A program made the translations under genes and the position numbers. From the NCBI GenBank assembly GCA_010093705.1, contig MU006104.1, positions 310,001-374,000 on the forward strand: a stretch of DNA of 64,000 nt, written 5' to 3'. The notes under the pieces are model-generated. The model made no database searches. It was not told the DNA's origin and saw nothing but the letters and a program-made list of their open reading frames with translations. Positions 50,662 to 64,000 of this stretch are shown here, in pieces. This DNA comes from Patellaria atrata CBS 101060. Taxonomy: Eukaryota. Each line of letters starts with the position of its first letter. Position 1 is the first letter of the stretch.

Positions 50662-52088
50662 ATGGGTACTACTTTTCTAGCAAAAGACGTTACCACCTGC
50701 GCGGTTGTGGATGGACGCGAGAATGACATTCATGTCATTACTGAGAAGCATGGAAATCCATCAGTTGGAGGACCTACGTATCGAATGGACGGCGGTTTGC
50801 AGGCCTGGTTGCAAGTGCTCGGAAGTTGGATTCTTTTCATGAACACCTGGTAAGTTAGTGATTGCTGGCAGTTTCAGTTCTTACGAAGCTTATATGGGTA
50901 GGGGTCTTACCAATTCATATGGTATTTTTGAGACCCATTACATCCATGACCTTCTGAAAGGGAGTACTGCATCTGCAATAGCTTGGATAGGATCCATCCA
51001 GCTTTTCCTTACAATGGTAGTCGGCGCACTTGCAGGTTGGCTTCTAGACGCTGGATATCTTCGGCCTATACTGATCGCTGGTACCGCGTTGGAAATCCTT
51101 GGAATGTTCATGCTCTCTATTTGCAAGACGTATTGGCAGGTCCTACTCGCTCAAGGAATCTGCACCGGTTTGGGTAGCGGACTGTTAGGACTCACGTCTG
51201 TGGCTGTTATCCCGCTCTACTTCAAAGAGAGACGTATGATCGCTACAGGAATCGCCGCGACTGGTAGTAGTTTAGCTGGAATTGTCTATCCTCTCATGCT
51301 TCGGAAGTTATTTGTGAGCGTCGGATTTCCGTGGGCAGTCCGTGCTCTGGCTTTCCTCATGCTTGGCTGCCTGCTCGTATGCATCGCGGTCATGCATCTG
51401 CGTCCACATGCTCGAAAGCCGAGCCCCATATTCCAAACTACGAATCTTAGGGATGTTCCGTATACAGTCTTCGTTGTTGGTAAGATATCTCGTCGTTGTT
51501 GTACGGTTCTGATCTAACAAACTCCACGCAGCGTTTACTCTCATGATCGCTTCGGTCTATGTTCCGTTCTTCTACATATCGGACTACTCCTTGAGACTAG
51601 GCATCAACGCGGATATGGCATTTTATATGTTAATAATAATGAACGCGGCATCTTTATTCGGACGACTCGTTCCTAACTATCTCGCGGATCTTTATGGTGG
51701 TGTTAATGTCATGATCCCATGCTGTTTCTTATCAGGTATCCTTATTTTTGTGTTTCGCGAAACTCATACATTGGCTTCTCTGATAGTTATCGCGTCCGTA
51801 TATGGGTTCATCAGTGGTGGAATGGTGTCTTTGCCACCAGCGACAATAGCAAATCTTACCACAAACCCTGATCAGTATGGAACTCGTATGGGCATGGCAT
51901 ATACCTTCTGTGCATTTGGTGCATTGGTTGGAAATCCGATAGCCGGCGCGGCGAGGAAAAAGACACATGAAAACGCTTTACAAAGCGTGGTGACAGAATT
52001 GCAAGGAAGCTGGTTCTTTGCCGGCACTATTATGCTTCTTTCGACTGCACTGCTAGTAGTAGTAAAGCTAAAGACAGTAAAAAAGTAA
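50662..52088 (+). CDS. MFS monocarboxylate-transporter-like protein (Mch4/Mch5 family), 2 introns
   Basis: DGGLQAWLQVLGSW...NTW|GLTNSYGIF; IAWIGSIQ; LAQGICTGLGSG; YFKERRMIATGIAATGSSLAG; GFPWAVR; NAASLFGRLVP; GTRMGM; ALVGNPIAGA. Confidence 0.92.
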
Positions 52089-53039
52089 GAGAAGAATGGA
52101 CTTGACAAGCACGACAGGTTACCTGCTGGTAATTCTTTCAGGCCAGCGTCAACTGCATGGAAATTTAGCTGACTATAGAACTAGCGCATCTTCATCACAG
52201 TAGATAGTAGTAAAAGATCGGTTCCTCATTGTAGAATCATAAATGATGGAATAGATATATAGTTTATGAAGATAATTCTGACACGATATCTTATAATTCG
52301 TGGCACTGTACAGTACGACTTAAACTTGATAAGACTAGTCCTCTGCTAAGTTACTAACACTGTAGTTTTGGAAAGAGCTTCTTAGGATTTTATTCCCTAA
52401 GAGCAAGGAGCCATGTTAGTCGACTAAAGAGATGTCTCCGATGGTGGATGAGATATTATCGAATTTAGGACACGAAAGGTGAGGATTAGAACAAAAGAAC
52501 CAAGGGTGCCGCTTTTCTCAATCAGGAGAAATGATATGCCTAGCCTGAAGAAGTTAGCGCCCAATTCCCACAATCCAGGAACCGACAAAGCTCCACTCTG
52601 AAACGGATCGGAAGAGATCGATGATGCATCAGGTCCTTTGATCGATCTGGTGTATATGTTAGGCCTATCTCATTGATGTCACAATAGAATGTCCCTCAGA
52701 ATGCTGTAAGGGGGGTTGCAAACATGAGTAGACGGTTTATCTAGTTCTAGCATTCGACCCATTGTGTCTATGACGGAATGGCTTGAGAAGCTAGACTTGG
52801 AAAAGAGTGATTTCATCGTTTTTGAGTAGGACTTATAACCCAGAATCAGGCCGATGTAGAAGGTCCGTTCCTTGAATCATCTCAGATCTCAAACCAGGAA
52901 ACCTTCGTTGCTGTTACAGTATCATTATTTGAGTGCTATCTTCAACCAGATAACTTGAGACCATATTATCTCAATACGGTCATCCCTTATCGACGCTATC
53001 ACATTACATTAGATAAAGGACCTTGTTCTATCCTCCAAA

Positions 53040-54190
53040 ATGCCGTCAAAGGACAAGTACACTGATCCGGAGTTGAGAGAGCAAGTTAAGGAGGAAATTA
53101 AAGCCGGTGACAAAGGCGGTAAGCCAGGACAGTGGTCTGCTCGAAAGGTAGGTAGCCTAAAGCGTTTTAACGCGCTTGTATCAGTTCTAATACATAGTAG
53201 GCTCAAATGATGGCCTCGGAATACAAGAAGCGAGGAGGTGACTACACGACAGATAAAAAAGACCAAGACGAGTCCCAGAAGAACTTGAGCAAATGGGGGG
53301 AGGAAGAGTGGCAGACAAAAGAAGGAAGTGGAAATGCTAAACAGGAAGATGGAACCGAGAAGAGGTATCTCCCGAAGAAAGCTTGGAAAAATATGACTGA
53401 GGAGGAAAAGAACGAGACTGATGAGAAAAAGCAAAAGGGAAGTAAAGAAGGCAAACAGTACGTCTCCAATACAGAAAAAGCGAAAGAGTCTAGGAAGAAA
53501 GCAAATGAAGAAGAGGCCGCAGAGTACGACAACAAAAAGTTAGCGGAACAGGGATCAGATGATGAAGCGATGTCCGAAGACGGGGATGATGCTGACATAG
53601 GTGTCGATGCCGAACAGGGGCAAAATGAGGAGGGGCAGGACGAAGTAGATAAACAAAATACTGATGCTGAAGAATATCAACCAAGCGAGGATGAGATAGC
53701 GGGAGATGTAGATGGAGTGGAAGATAATGAAGAAGAAGAAGAAAAAGGAAAAAACAGTCAAGATAGGAACGCACGCGACAAACGAACCCCTAAGGCAACC
53801 AAAGGCGGCATAGATAATGATAAAGCCGAAGTTGGGAAAAAGCGTAGTCGTCCATCTGAAGATCAAATCTCACCCAACAAGAAGCAGAAAGATGCCTCGG
53901 GTAAGCAAAGGCAGAATGGCACCAATGGTACTACTGGCTCGGAACATAATGGAGATGAGCAGTCACCAAAACCGGGCTCCAAGGACAGATTGCCAGAGAA
54001 GGGTCAGAAGGTGAAGTGGAAAGCACCCTCTGGATACGTGGAAGGAGAGGTGATCGAAATCGTACACGAAGAAAAGGAGGTTGATGGAAAGCACGTGAAA
54101 GCTACTGACTCCGACCCACGCATTGTATTAAAGTCGAGTTCATCTGGCAAAACAGCCGTCCATAAGCCTGACGCGGTATACTTTGACTGA
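53040..54190 (+). CDS. DUF5872-like N-terminal domain + acidic linker + C-terminal Hva1/DUF2945 Tudor-like domain, 1 intron
   Basis: KYTDPELREQVKEEIKAGDKGGKPGQWSARK|AQMMASEYKKRGGDY; WGEEEWQT; RYLPKKAW; C-terminal GQKVKWK...VEGEV...KATDSDPRIVLKSSSSGKTAVHKPDAV. Confidence 0.8.
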
Positions 54191-55907
54191 GTTTGGAATG
54201 ATAATATGTCACAAGTACTATGTTAGATTAGATCTGAGAATCGATCTTCGGGTCGAGATATTGATCCGTTCACACATCTCTTCGTCAATTTCCTAAACTT
54301 CAAGTGGTAATGATAAAGCAAAATAAATGAACTCTCCTTGGTACCTGACTTGCATCTCTAAAGCTCTTGTTTAAGGTAAATTGTGATGCGGGGATCTATC
54401 GACGATCAAATGACGAAACTTCGACGAATTCAAAACAAGACCAATAGACAGATATTAGAGATTGTAACAGCTTGTAGTAGAATAAGCCGCATGCTTTCCG
54501 TCATTCTCGGGGGGGCCATAAATCACGCTTCGGTGTCCGTAACGATATCCGACTACCTTCTAGGTTACCTTACAGTAATTTCCAGAATTTCTCAGCCCAC
54601 TCGCATGGGACAGTACTCGGATCAAAGAGCAGTATAAGCAGTGGTAGCCCCGTAGTGATTGAAGTCATTAATATGCCCGTACTAAAGGATTCGGCTTGAC
54701 GATGCAGCTAAAGAAACCTTGTCCTCACCTATTGGCATGGATCTAATTGACCCGGCAACAGGCACGAGACTCGTAGGAATGCCTGCAGTAGGTGAATGCG
54801 GTCACAGTGTGGGATGTTTCAATATTGAGCGTATAAGGAAAGAGATCAATGCTATGATCATCTCGATCCTTAGGCCATCGAACTCCTCAAGCAGTTGTGA
54901 AAAAGACATGGGGTCTCGATCTCCCTATTTTCGAGGTCGTAACTTGTAACTCGCAACAACGGATGACAACGCCAAAACGTTGGAAGAGAAGGATCGTTTC
55001 TTTACCCCACATAGCCATTAATAATTGACAGAACCTATCAAACATGCAGAAATGTCCAGAGACCACGGCAACGCACGGGAAGAGCTTATTGTAGCAACGG
55101 CGATAGCATTGATTGGTGGACCTGTAGAAGAGACTGGCTTGACGTCGAATAGTTGGCCATATCGAGGCCCTATTGACTGCTAGTCGCTGATAGATATCTT
55201 TTAGTCGACAACGAAGTGTAAGGTAATGCCTGTACTTATTAGTGCATCGGCATCACTCTCAGGGAACAAAATCTGCTCGCTTTGATGCAGGTCTCCCGGT
55301 GTCTGTGTACTTGTACAATACCTCCCCGTTATCTCTGCTGTGGTGTGACTTGAGGAAAGCGCGTCCTCTTCAAGCAAAGTCCTGTTTCGTCTCAGGCTGA
55401 GATTCTGCAACCTCTAGGAGAGTAGAAGAGAGATGTCCGTTAAGGCGATATCGTAAACACAAGCGGGGCTACGTTACTCCTGTTACAAAGGCGTGCTTGG
55501 TCCTTGAGCCTGGTGAGCCCTTCGGATCCAGTGGCTAAAGTGGCGATCTCAGTGTCTACGGCTGAGCTGCATAAGCGCACCAGCTTCTGCGAGCATGTTT
55601 AAGGGATGTTCCTTTGAAGAGCCAACTGTACAGCGCTCCAAGGAATGCGGGACCATGGGGGCACTAAGGGGGTTGGATTGTCGCAGGTTCGCGGAGGAAA
55701 CGGCACAATTCTCGAGTGTGCAGAAACGGCATTTGGGTCTTGATGAGTTTTGTTTTTTGTACTGCGAGTGTTATGGCGTCCTTGAGATTCTTTTCTGCGG
55801 TATCGACGAACGTCCACAAGGGACCACTTTGATTATTCCATAGATATACTTCTGTAGCGAGCCGTCAGCAGCAGCTATCTGATTAGTTGCAATTACTTGT
55901 ACAAGTG

Positions 55908-55936
55908 CAAAGTACAAAGTACAAAGTACAAAGTAC
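55908..55936 (+). repeat. 7-bp tandem repeat (CAAAGTA) x4
   Basis: Read directly. Confidence 0.85.
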
Positions 55937-56746
55937 GTTCGTAGTCAAGTACTGAGCAGAGTAGAAGTAGTTCTACATATGACAACATTTAGGCCAATGT
56001 CTTTTAAGCGCATCTTCTTAAAGGTGGCTGGCCTAAACTGTTCTTGTTGTAGGACTGGGTGGCTTTAGGTCATGTGCGGAAGCTCTTGGGATACATCAGA
56101 TGCAGGTTGATAGAATGAATGATGAATGATTCTTCCTCCGAGGATTCGAAGTAAGTGCTCCTATTGCTCTAGCGAGTAGTAGGTGCTCACTGCTTCACTG
56201 GTGCCTTTTGTTTTGCAGATTATAGCTTGGGTTATTAGCTTTTTGTCTGGGTGCAAGCCTGCCAGGTCTCTCCCCGAGGCCCTAATTTCTAGTTGGTCTG
56301 CAGTTCTGCACTGGTCTACCATCATTCATCACCCCTCCTCTTCCAAAAATTAAATCTACTGACGAACGACAATCTTGTGCTGGTCAACAACAACGACCAC
56401 CGTCTCTAACCTCCTCCGCTCGTTACATATTTGTTCAAGTTCCCTCTTCCTCAACGAAACCGTGTATCAATTCGTCCATGCTGGCTTCTGCCAGCCTTTG
56501 GTCAGGTGGCCACGAGCCCTAATTGTTTCTTCCTCTCGCCAAAAGTGACATCTATCTTGCTCCGCACTCGACCTCTAGTTCCCCTTTTCGCCTGTCTTCT
56601 ACAACTACGCGTTACATCATGCTCTCCAGCTGCTTTACCGCATAAGACACCACTCTGGCTGCCTCACGGGCGGACCGTGTTAGGTCGCTTGTTCTTTAGC
56701 AAGCAGGCCCCGGACCTGCGGATCGCGACGACAACAATTAGGTACA

Positions 56747-59700
56747 ATGGAAGAAGTCAACAAACTGAATTCTCTGGCTCCGCCAGCTGTCACAGCACTC
56801 AAAGAACAGGCAGCTGGCGCAAGTCCCCGTGGAAAAATGGAACGCACGATCAGTATGGACATTCGAGAAGAACGAGAAGATCTGAAGAATGCTGCAGAAC
56901 AGAGCCTTAATGTGATCATGGACCTCAACTTAGATGGTCACATTCGATGGGTTAGTCCGTCATGGTTGGCATTGGTTGGTACTGCGCCAGAGTCTGTCAT
57001 TGGAAAACCTATTACAGAGATTCTGGTCGGTGATCACAATCCGTTCTCCGATGCTGTTGAGTCTGCGAAACAAGATGATTCTAGGAGCCAAATAATTCGA
57101 TTTTCGGTTTCTCTAGGGCCGTCATCTGTCCTCAGACCGAGACCAAGGTCTCCAATCATAGTATCGCCGAGACACGTTCCGCAGGGTGATAACGAACATG
57201 ACCTTACTCAAGAAGACATCACAGTTGAAGAGAAAGAAGCGTATGAACAAGAGATCTTAAACTTAGAAGCTCAGGGGATCATGGTGTACGATCGGTTTTC
57301 TGGTGAAGCAAGTCATGTGAGCGTCCCTAATTCACTAATTCGGGGACCATTTCTAACCCAGTTTTAGACTATGTGGATGGTACGGCCTGCGGTTGTACGT
57401 GAAGTTACGATCGACTTACCACCAATTTTAGTCGAAAGCCTCGGTGTCGGTGCGGAGGTGTTGGCAAATCATCTAACCAAGCTAGCGGAAGTTGGTGCCA
57501 GTGATCCCGAGAATCTTCCTCCTCCACTTCCAGTTCTCTGCCGTATATGTGAACGTCAGATACCGCCATGGTGGTTCGAAAAGCACACAGAGCTCTGCTT
57601 ACAAGAGCACAAGGCAGAAATGGAGGTACAGATCGCACAAGAGAATCTCAATGAACACCGTAATGCAATTGTCAAGGTTCTGGACGCTTTAGAGGCTCAT
57701 TCACGCCAATCCAGGGCATCTCCTTCGGAATCTTCATCTCCAGGACCGTTAGTACCATCTGCTGAATATAAAGGATTTGTTATTCCACCTACTTCAACGC
57801 CGTCATCTGGTCCTTCCTCTGGAAGATCTACACCTGCCTCTCAACCATCCCAGTCCCGTGACCGATCTACAGGTTTTGGACATCATCGAGCTCGATCTTT
57901 CGCAGTTAGGAGACCAATAGCTCGTATTGTGGAGCTGATTCTGGATCTTTGCGATACTGCTCTTGAGATCAATACTCCAGCAATAAAAGATACAAAGGGA
58001 CAAGGTACTGAGCTGAGATCTCAGTCTCCACAATCGGAAAGTCGCATATCGCAGGTCTTAGGATGGCAGTCGCCTGCCAGTGGTACTCTCGAACAGGAAC
58101 AAGGTCTCTCCTTGTTGTGTGATGACACAGCTAAACTTGCTCGGGCTAAAGTTGAGTCTATATTTCGTCATCGAAGAGTTCTTGAGTATTCAGAACGTAT
58201 CAGAGTAGAGTTCGACGTCCTTGTCCAAGAATGCATTGATCAAGCAATGCGGAAAGCAGCGTCGATAGCTGCTGGTGAGTTGAGTGACTCTGGAGAAGAT
58301 ACTGCTGGTGAATTAGAAGAGGATCAAATAGGACCAGAAGCTAGTGAAGATCCTCCATCACTTCCCTCGGAAGAAGGAATGTTTCCAGCATCATTTGAGA
58401 ACACTGGTATCATGTCGACCATAAGTAATACGTTACGCAACCCTTCAGAGACCTCTTTACCTTTTCAAGTCGCGCGTAGAGCATCCTCTGCGGCAGGATC
58501 AACTCGCTCGAGCAGCCCACGGGGTAGTCAGACTCCAAGATCCCATCCCTCAGGTATGAACCTACTGGCACAAAGCAAAAGGGCGTCAATCCATTTCGAG
58601 AGCGATGCTGGGGCAGATAGCGATAGTAGTGTATTATCTTCAGCAATATCTGGACCTCGAAGAGCGGATTCCCCAGTATCCGAGATTGGCCTCAGCCGGG
58701 CAGCTGGCTCACGAGAACGAAAGCGTCGTAGTCTAATACTTCCTAGTGTTTTGTCAAGCAGGCAACAATCCCCGGCTCGTAACATGATGCCGCCTTCATC
58801 GCCGCTCAGAATGTCCAAACCTCGAATTCCTAGTGGTGCAGAGAGCATCCAGTCACCCATAACTTCTCCTGTGTTATCAACTAGCGAGTTCTCCTCCCCT
58901 ATGATCCATCCTCAGCAGTTGCACCACCACCGACGACAGTCTTCTGCTGCCGGGTCCGAAAGCATGCGTCGCCCCGTATCGCCGCGTATGGCACCAGTAA
59001 CTAACCCTCAACCACGTGCGGTACCTACTTCTATCAAAGACTTTGAAATTATCAAACCGATCAGTAAAGGTGCATTCGGCAGTGTCTACCTCGCAAAGAA
59101 GAAATCCACTGGTGATTACTTCGCTATCAAAGTCCTAAAGAAGGCAGACATGATCGCAAAAAATCAGGTCTTGAACGTAAAGGCCGAACGAGCGATCATG
59201 ATGTGGCAGGGGGAAAGTGATTTTGTCGCTAAGTTGTATTGGACGTTCTCAAGTAAAGACTTCCTCTACCTCGTGATGGAGTATCTGAATGGAGGGGATT
59301 GCGCTTCCCTCATTAAAGTCCTTGGATATCTCCCAGAAGATTGGGCGAAGAAATACTTGGCTGAGGTTGTTCTAGGCGTGGAGCATTTACACAGCAGAGG
59401 GATTGTTCACCGAGATCTCAAGCCAGACAATTTACTCATCGACCAGAAAGGCCACCTGAAGTTGACCGACTTTGGGCTTTCTAGGATGGGTCTTATAGGA
59501 CGACAAAAGAGGGCGCTCAACAACAAAACTGATGAACCTGTACCCGATCTGTTGAAACAAGGCCCATTCCATCGAGCGGTGTCCGTGACATCGTCTCGTT
59601 CCGCGTCTTTCGATTTGCAGGGACCAAACCATTCCCCACATCAGACACCAAGCATGACACCTGCTACAACGAGTGACATGGGACAGCCCTCCTACTTTAC

Positions 59701-62617
59701 TCTTAGTAGGGAGGAATCTAATACAGGGGACAGCTCAAAGGCTTCTGGCAATCGAAGTGATAGCGGAGATAGCGAAGCCTTCCAGTCGATGTTCCGGAGA
59801 TTTTCGATTGTGGACACCAACGGATCATACCAGCAGCGTCCTGCAACTGAAGATGAGAACCACAGCGATCATGCGGGTTCCCCTGATCCTTATGTTCTCC
59901 AACCATCAATCAGTCACTCGAGTACTATGCAGAACAATACCCCACCAGCAACATCCACCATGCCACCACCTCCCATGGCTCTTTTTGATCCTCAAGATAG
60001 CAATCGGAGATTTGTCGGTACTCCGGATTATCTTGCCCCAGAAACCATCAATGGTTCCGGTCAGGATGAGGTTAGTGATTGGTGGTCTCTGGGCTGTATC
60101 TTATTTGAGTTTTTGTATGGCTACCCCCCTTTTCATGCTGATACACCCGATGAAGTGTTTCAGAATATCCTCGAGCGAAAAATTGATTGGCCTGATGATG
60201 CCGACTATGACGTATCAGAAGAAGCGAAAGACCTGATGAACAGACTCATGTGCACCGATCCCCGAAAAAGACTCGGTGCTAATGCGGATGACCAGTTTTC
60301 TGCTGGTGGGGAAGAAGTGCGAAATCATCCGTGGTTTGCAGACATTCATTGGTCAACGTTACTTGACGATGAAGCTTCATTTGTACCCGCTTCAGAGGAT
60401 CCAGAGTCCACCGAATACTTTGATTCTCGTGGAGCATGTCTGCAGAATTTCGCGGCCGAGTTTGAAGATCAAGCCAGTTCACCAGGGGGCGCCACACCGG
60501 GTGGTGATTATCCAGATCGCCCGCACGATGCTCTCTCGCGAGTAAGATCACAGGTAAACTCTATAAAACGAGGGCTAATGCCTTTACATATTCCTCCGCA
60601 TGTCCGAGATAGCAGGAGTAGGAGACTTAGCGAACCGGTAGCCACCGATGATTTCGGATCATTCTCCTTCAAAAATTTACCGGTTCTCGAGAAGGCCAAT
60701 AAAGATGTGATCCAGAAATTGAGACAAGAAGCAATGCAAGCCCAGAGCAAGCCCTCTTCTGCAATCACTTCTCCAACAGTCACTACACCGTCGCCTTCCC
60801 TAGAGTCCAGTCCAATATTACCGATCCCTCTAAAGCGAACCATGTCTAGCAATAAGGGGAACAGACCTTCTTCACCATCTTTACTAGGCCAAATGAACGC
60901 TTCGCCTAATAGAGCATCTCAGCCTTCTTCGCCGCTTCTGGTGTCATTTAGTACTGGTCAGAATCATGAACGTAGGAAAACATCAAGTGGCTCTTCCTCG
61001 TTATCCCACCAAAACAGTAGCTCGTTACAACCTGGAAGTTTCTTTGATGTTCCCAGACTCCCGAACACTACCTCCAAAATGTCTTCCAGTGCATCCTCGC
61101 CGATCAAACTATCTAAAACTCCAGGCTCTCGTCAAAGTTCCGGTCACAGTAATGTTACTTCTCCTCGAGTTCGCTCTCAAACCGTAGGTTCTCAAGAGGG
61201 TGACGTTGTCCGAGAACTTATTCCAAATCACCACAAGCGGAGAAGCCAGGTCTACGATATCTCTCCATCGTCGTCCGATAACGAAGATTCCAGACAAAAA
61301 GCTCTATTACGAGTCCAACGGCGACGACAGAGTTCCCGAAGGTTGTCCCAGATAACCTTCGCCGAGGGACCTGTCTTCCGACCACTCGACATCCTCATCT
61401 GCGAAGATCATCCAGTATCTCGTCTCGTCATGGAGAAACTCCTCGAAAAGCTTCGTTGCCGTACAATCTCCGTTCAGACCGGTCCGGACGCGGTGCGATA
61501 CGCTACCAGCGAAGTGAAATTCGATATCATTATGATGGAATTCAAACTACCTCAGATGAATGGTGCAGATGCGGCTCGCATGATCCGAACAACTCATAAT
61601 GCGAATTCACACACTCCGATTGTCGCGGTCACCGGTTACTTGAAAGAACTTCAGGCCCCTCATCACTTTGATGCACTCATCGAAAAACCTCCAACGCTGG
61701 CGAAGCTTACGGAAGTTCTTGCTCGCTTATGTCAATGGAAGACGGCTCCGCCAAATTGGACTCCCAGTCAACTACCAATAGTACCGTCAAATCTGCGTCG
61801 AGAATCAATCCAGCAGGAAGATAGTCCGACATCGAACTCGTCTGGGTTTGCGGCGATGCCTCCATCCAGCTATCGCGGCTCTAGCAGGGAAGATTCAATC
61901 AGTTCCAGCTTCTTTGGGGATAATGACAGTCGCAATGGCGACGTTCCCGTCATTATCAACAAGCATGGCGATGACTGGCGAGATCGGGATCTCGCTCGTG
62001 CTCTCGGTGGTCTAGGTATATCAGAAGATCCTGCCGAAGAAATAGATCCGAAGTTAGCACAACCACCCCTCCCTGACCTTATGGTTCAGAGGTCCGCACC
62101 GGGCATGTTAGAGCATCCTGTAGGACCAAAGAAGCAACGTTCAAGTGAGGCTATCGCTGCAAAGCGACGTTCCATCGAGAAAAAGCGTCATGAGACTGCG
62201 GATTCAGGTGATGACGAGGATGAAGAGCTAGGGAACTTTCAGGTTCGCGCCAAGAGTCCGAAGGGCGGTCGCTCAAAACCACAATCTAAGCTTGGGATCG
62301 AGATGATGCGTACCAACAGCCATGGAAGCGTCGTTTCGGTGGAAGAGCTCGCCATTGCGGATCATCTTACTTCATCCCCTCCACCCGCGATCTCTGAGGA
62401 TCCCCTGGCGGAGGAAGCTAGCCAACAAAGTCTGGCTGCTCCGAATAACGGCTTAGGACAACCGGTTCATGCAACGCTGACACCACCGGAGATATTCCCC
62501 CTCGCACCAGGTGACAATATCAAGGAGATTGACATGGATGTCACCCCAAAACCCGCCCAAGATGACTTCAGAGACCCGGATCCTACGCCTAAGGCTACAC
62601 CCTCGCGTCGACATTGA
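56747..62617 (+). CDS. RIM15: Rim15/Cek1 Greatwall-family kinase (PAS, C2HC zinc finger, split AGC kinase, receiver domain), 1 intron (~57317-57368)
   Basis: PAS-like N-terminus; CRICERQIPPWWFEKHTELC; IKPISKGAFGSVYL; HRDLKPDN; DFGLS...insert...FVGTPDYLAPE; REC domain ILICEDHP...IMMEF...IEKP. Confidence 0.97.
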
Positions 62618-63742
62618 TCTTAAACGCTCCCTCTAGCTTCGTCTAGGTCCGAAGAAATTGACATATATTCTACTTTCACTAGCTTACTTCCCTTTGTTTC
62701 TGTTGTTTTTCACGTCATTTACCAGGTATAGCGAGGTGTTGGTGGTGTAGTTCCAATTGCTGCTATGGCGTTCTTGCTCTAGGATGGCATGGTGGACAAT
62801 GTTGCTGTCCCAATCTGGTTTGGCACTACTTCTCTTTGTTCATGTTCTACTTTCTACTTTTTACCTTGTGAAAACGTGTATATGTACGTTGGTTCGCTTC
62901 GCTTGGCTTGGGTGATTCTTCTGGGGGAAAGTTTACGCTCATTCACTCTTTACTCCTCCTTCGGGTAACCGTGGCATGGAGTATCTTTCTTCGATCACCT
63001 TAGGGATGATTTTATTGGGGAGAAAATGCATTGGTGCGTTGGATGGGAGGGACTGCCACTCTCAGACTCATTGAAGGCGGAATTACGGTGCCAATAAGAA
63101 AATTGTTATTCTATGTTTGGTCTTTTTTCGCAACCTATCCTTCTATTCTTTTATAGGCCGGGACACCACTTACCTTACTGGAATTTTCTTTCATATTTAT
63201 CCCCTTCCGGCCTTGGATTGGGAGGACCGGCAGCTTACCTCTCTTCAATATTTTTATCCTGTGCTTTTGGGTTTTAGCGTTTAATTACTCCTGTCCGAAG
63301 TTTATCATCTTCGACGGCGAATAAAATTAATTCTGCTGACCAGATATTTGGGTGGTTGTTTTTGATTTGTGATTAAGTGATCGAGACCTTTTGGACTACA
63401 GGCTTCGCAGTGAGAACGGGACGTCACATTTGAGTGCACAGATGAGAATACATGGTTAAAGAAACCAGATTGTTATATGATCTAGTATCCTCGCATGGCG
63501 GGTTAAGAAGCCGCTCGATGATGTCTCCTCTCCTCTACTGGGTATCTCATCCCCCTTGTCCAACACGACAGATCATTTTTCTACATCCCCTTTCCCTGTT
63601 GGCATGATTTTGACACCGCCCTCGTGCTCTGCGGGCGAGAACTTATAGGTCTCTCCGTGCTCTGTGACCATTTTGTTAACCCTTCTGACTCTCGTTTTCG
63701 AGGAATATCGATCCAGTACATCATGTGCCATTACGCGAACGC

Positions 63743-64000
63743 TCATGACTGTTTCGCGCGCGCGGACGCTTGGGCGGCTTCTGGTGGGATATCAGTTTCA
63801 TATTATCCGAAAAAGATATCAAGACCTTGAGCTGCAATGGTGGCTGTAGTAAAAGTGACATGGGACTGTCACGGAGACTGTAAATGGGTTAGGGGAGGGG
63901 AAGCATACCTCGCCTCGTTGCGTCTTCGAGGAGCGCGGTGTCGACGGCCGCGGCGGGGAGGTGGATGTAGCGGACTACGCTACCGCGGATGAAGACATTT
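63743..64000 (-). CDS. LSM2: 3' part of U6 snRNA-associated Sm-like protein LSm2 (gene runs off the window); intron 63908-63781
   Basis: Minus strand reads NVFIRGSVVRYIHLPAAAVDTALLEDATRR, then across GTATGC...CAG reads EAAQASARAKQS*. Not in the ORF track. Confidence 0.9.

Noticed and set aside
54380..55850. Short ORFs between the Hva1-like gene and RIM15
   Set aside because: No recognisable product or coherent exon chain.
61380..61730. RIM15 receiver domain has Glu at the phospho-acceptor position (IMMEF)
   Set aside because: Known general property of fungal Rim15 proteins.

Overview
A 64-kb, intron-rich chromosomal segment from a filamentous ascomycete (Pezizomycotina; the proteins look Eurotiomycete-like). 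Most of it is conserved housekeeping genes: YTH1, a GH18 chitinase, VPS53, a G-patch protein, a DUF3712 protein, ORC3, BNA1, a Ctr copper transporter, MDM38, ADK2, SNX4, PAL1, USB1, CFT1, an LMBR1-family protein, RIM15 and the 3' end of LSM2. Two accessory stretches interrupt these. The first (18.6-24.1 kb) holds orphan membrane/coiled-coil ORFs and a decayed HET-domain gene. The second (44-52 kb) holds a TRI12-like MFS pump, a full-length but inactivated Fot1/pogo DNA transposon, and a divergent 5-aminolevulinate-synthase (ALAS)-like gene head-to-head with a monocarboxylate-type MFS transporter. Best leads: (1) the ALAS-like enzyme has active-site substitutions (GGSRN instead of GGTRN), lacks heme-regulatory motifs and is flanked by two transporters, suggesting a small non-heme aminoketone pathway; (2) BNA1 carries an obligatory mitochondrial-presequence-like N-terminal extension; (3) recurrent ~1-kb C-rich-to-G-rich skew switches occur regardless of gene orientation. 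All calls come from reading motifs by eye; no database searches were run.
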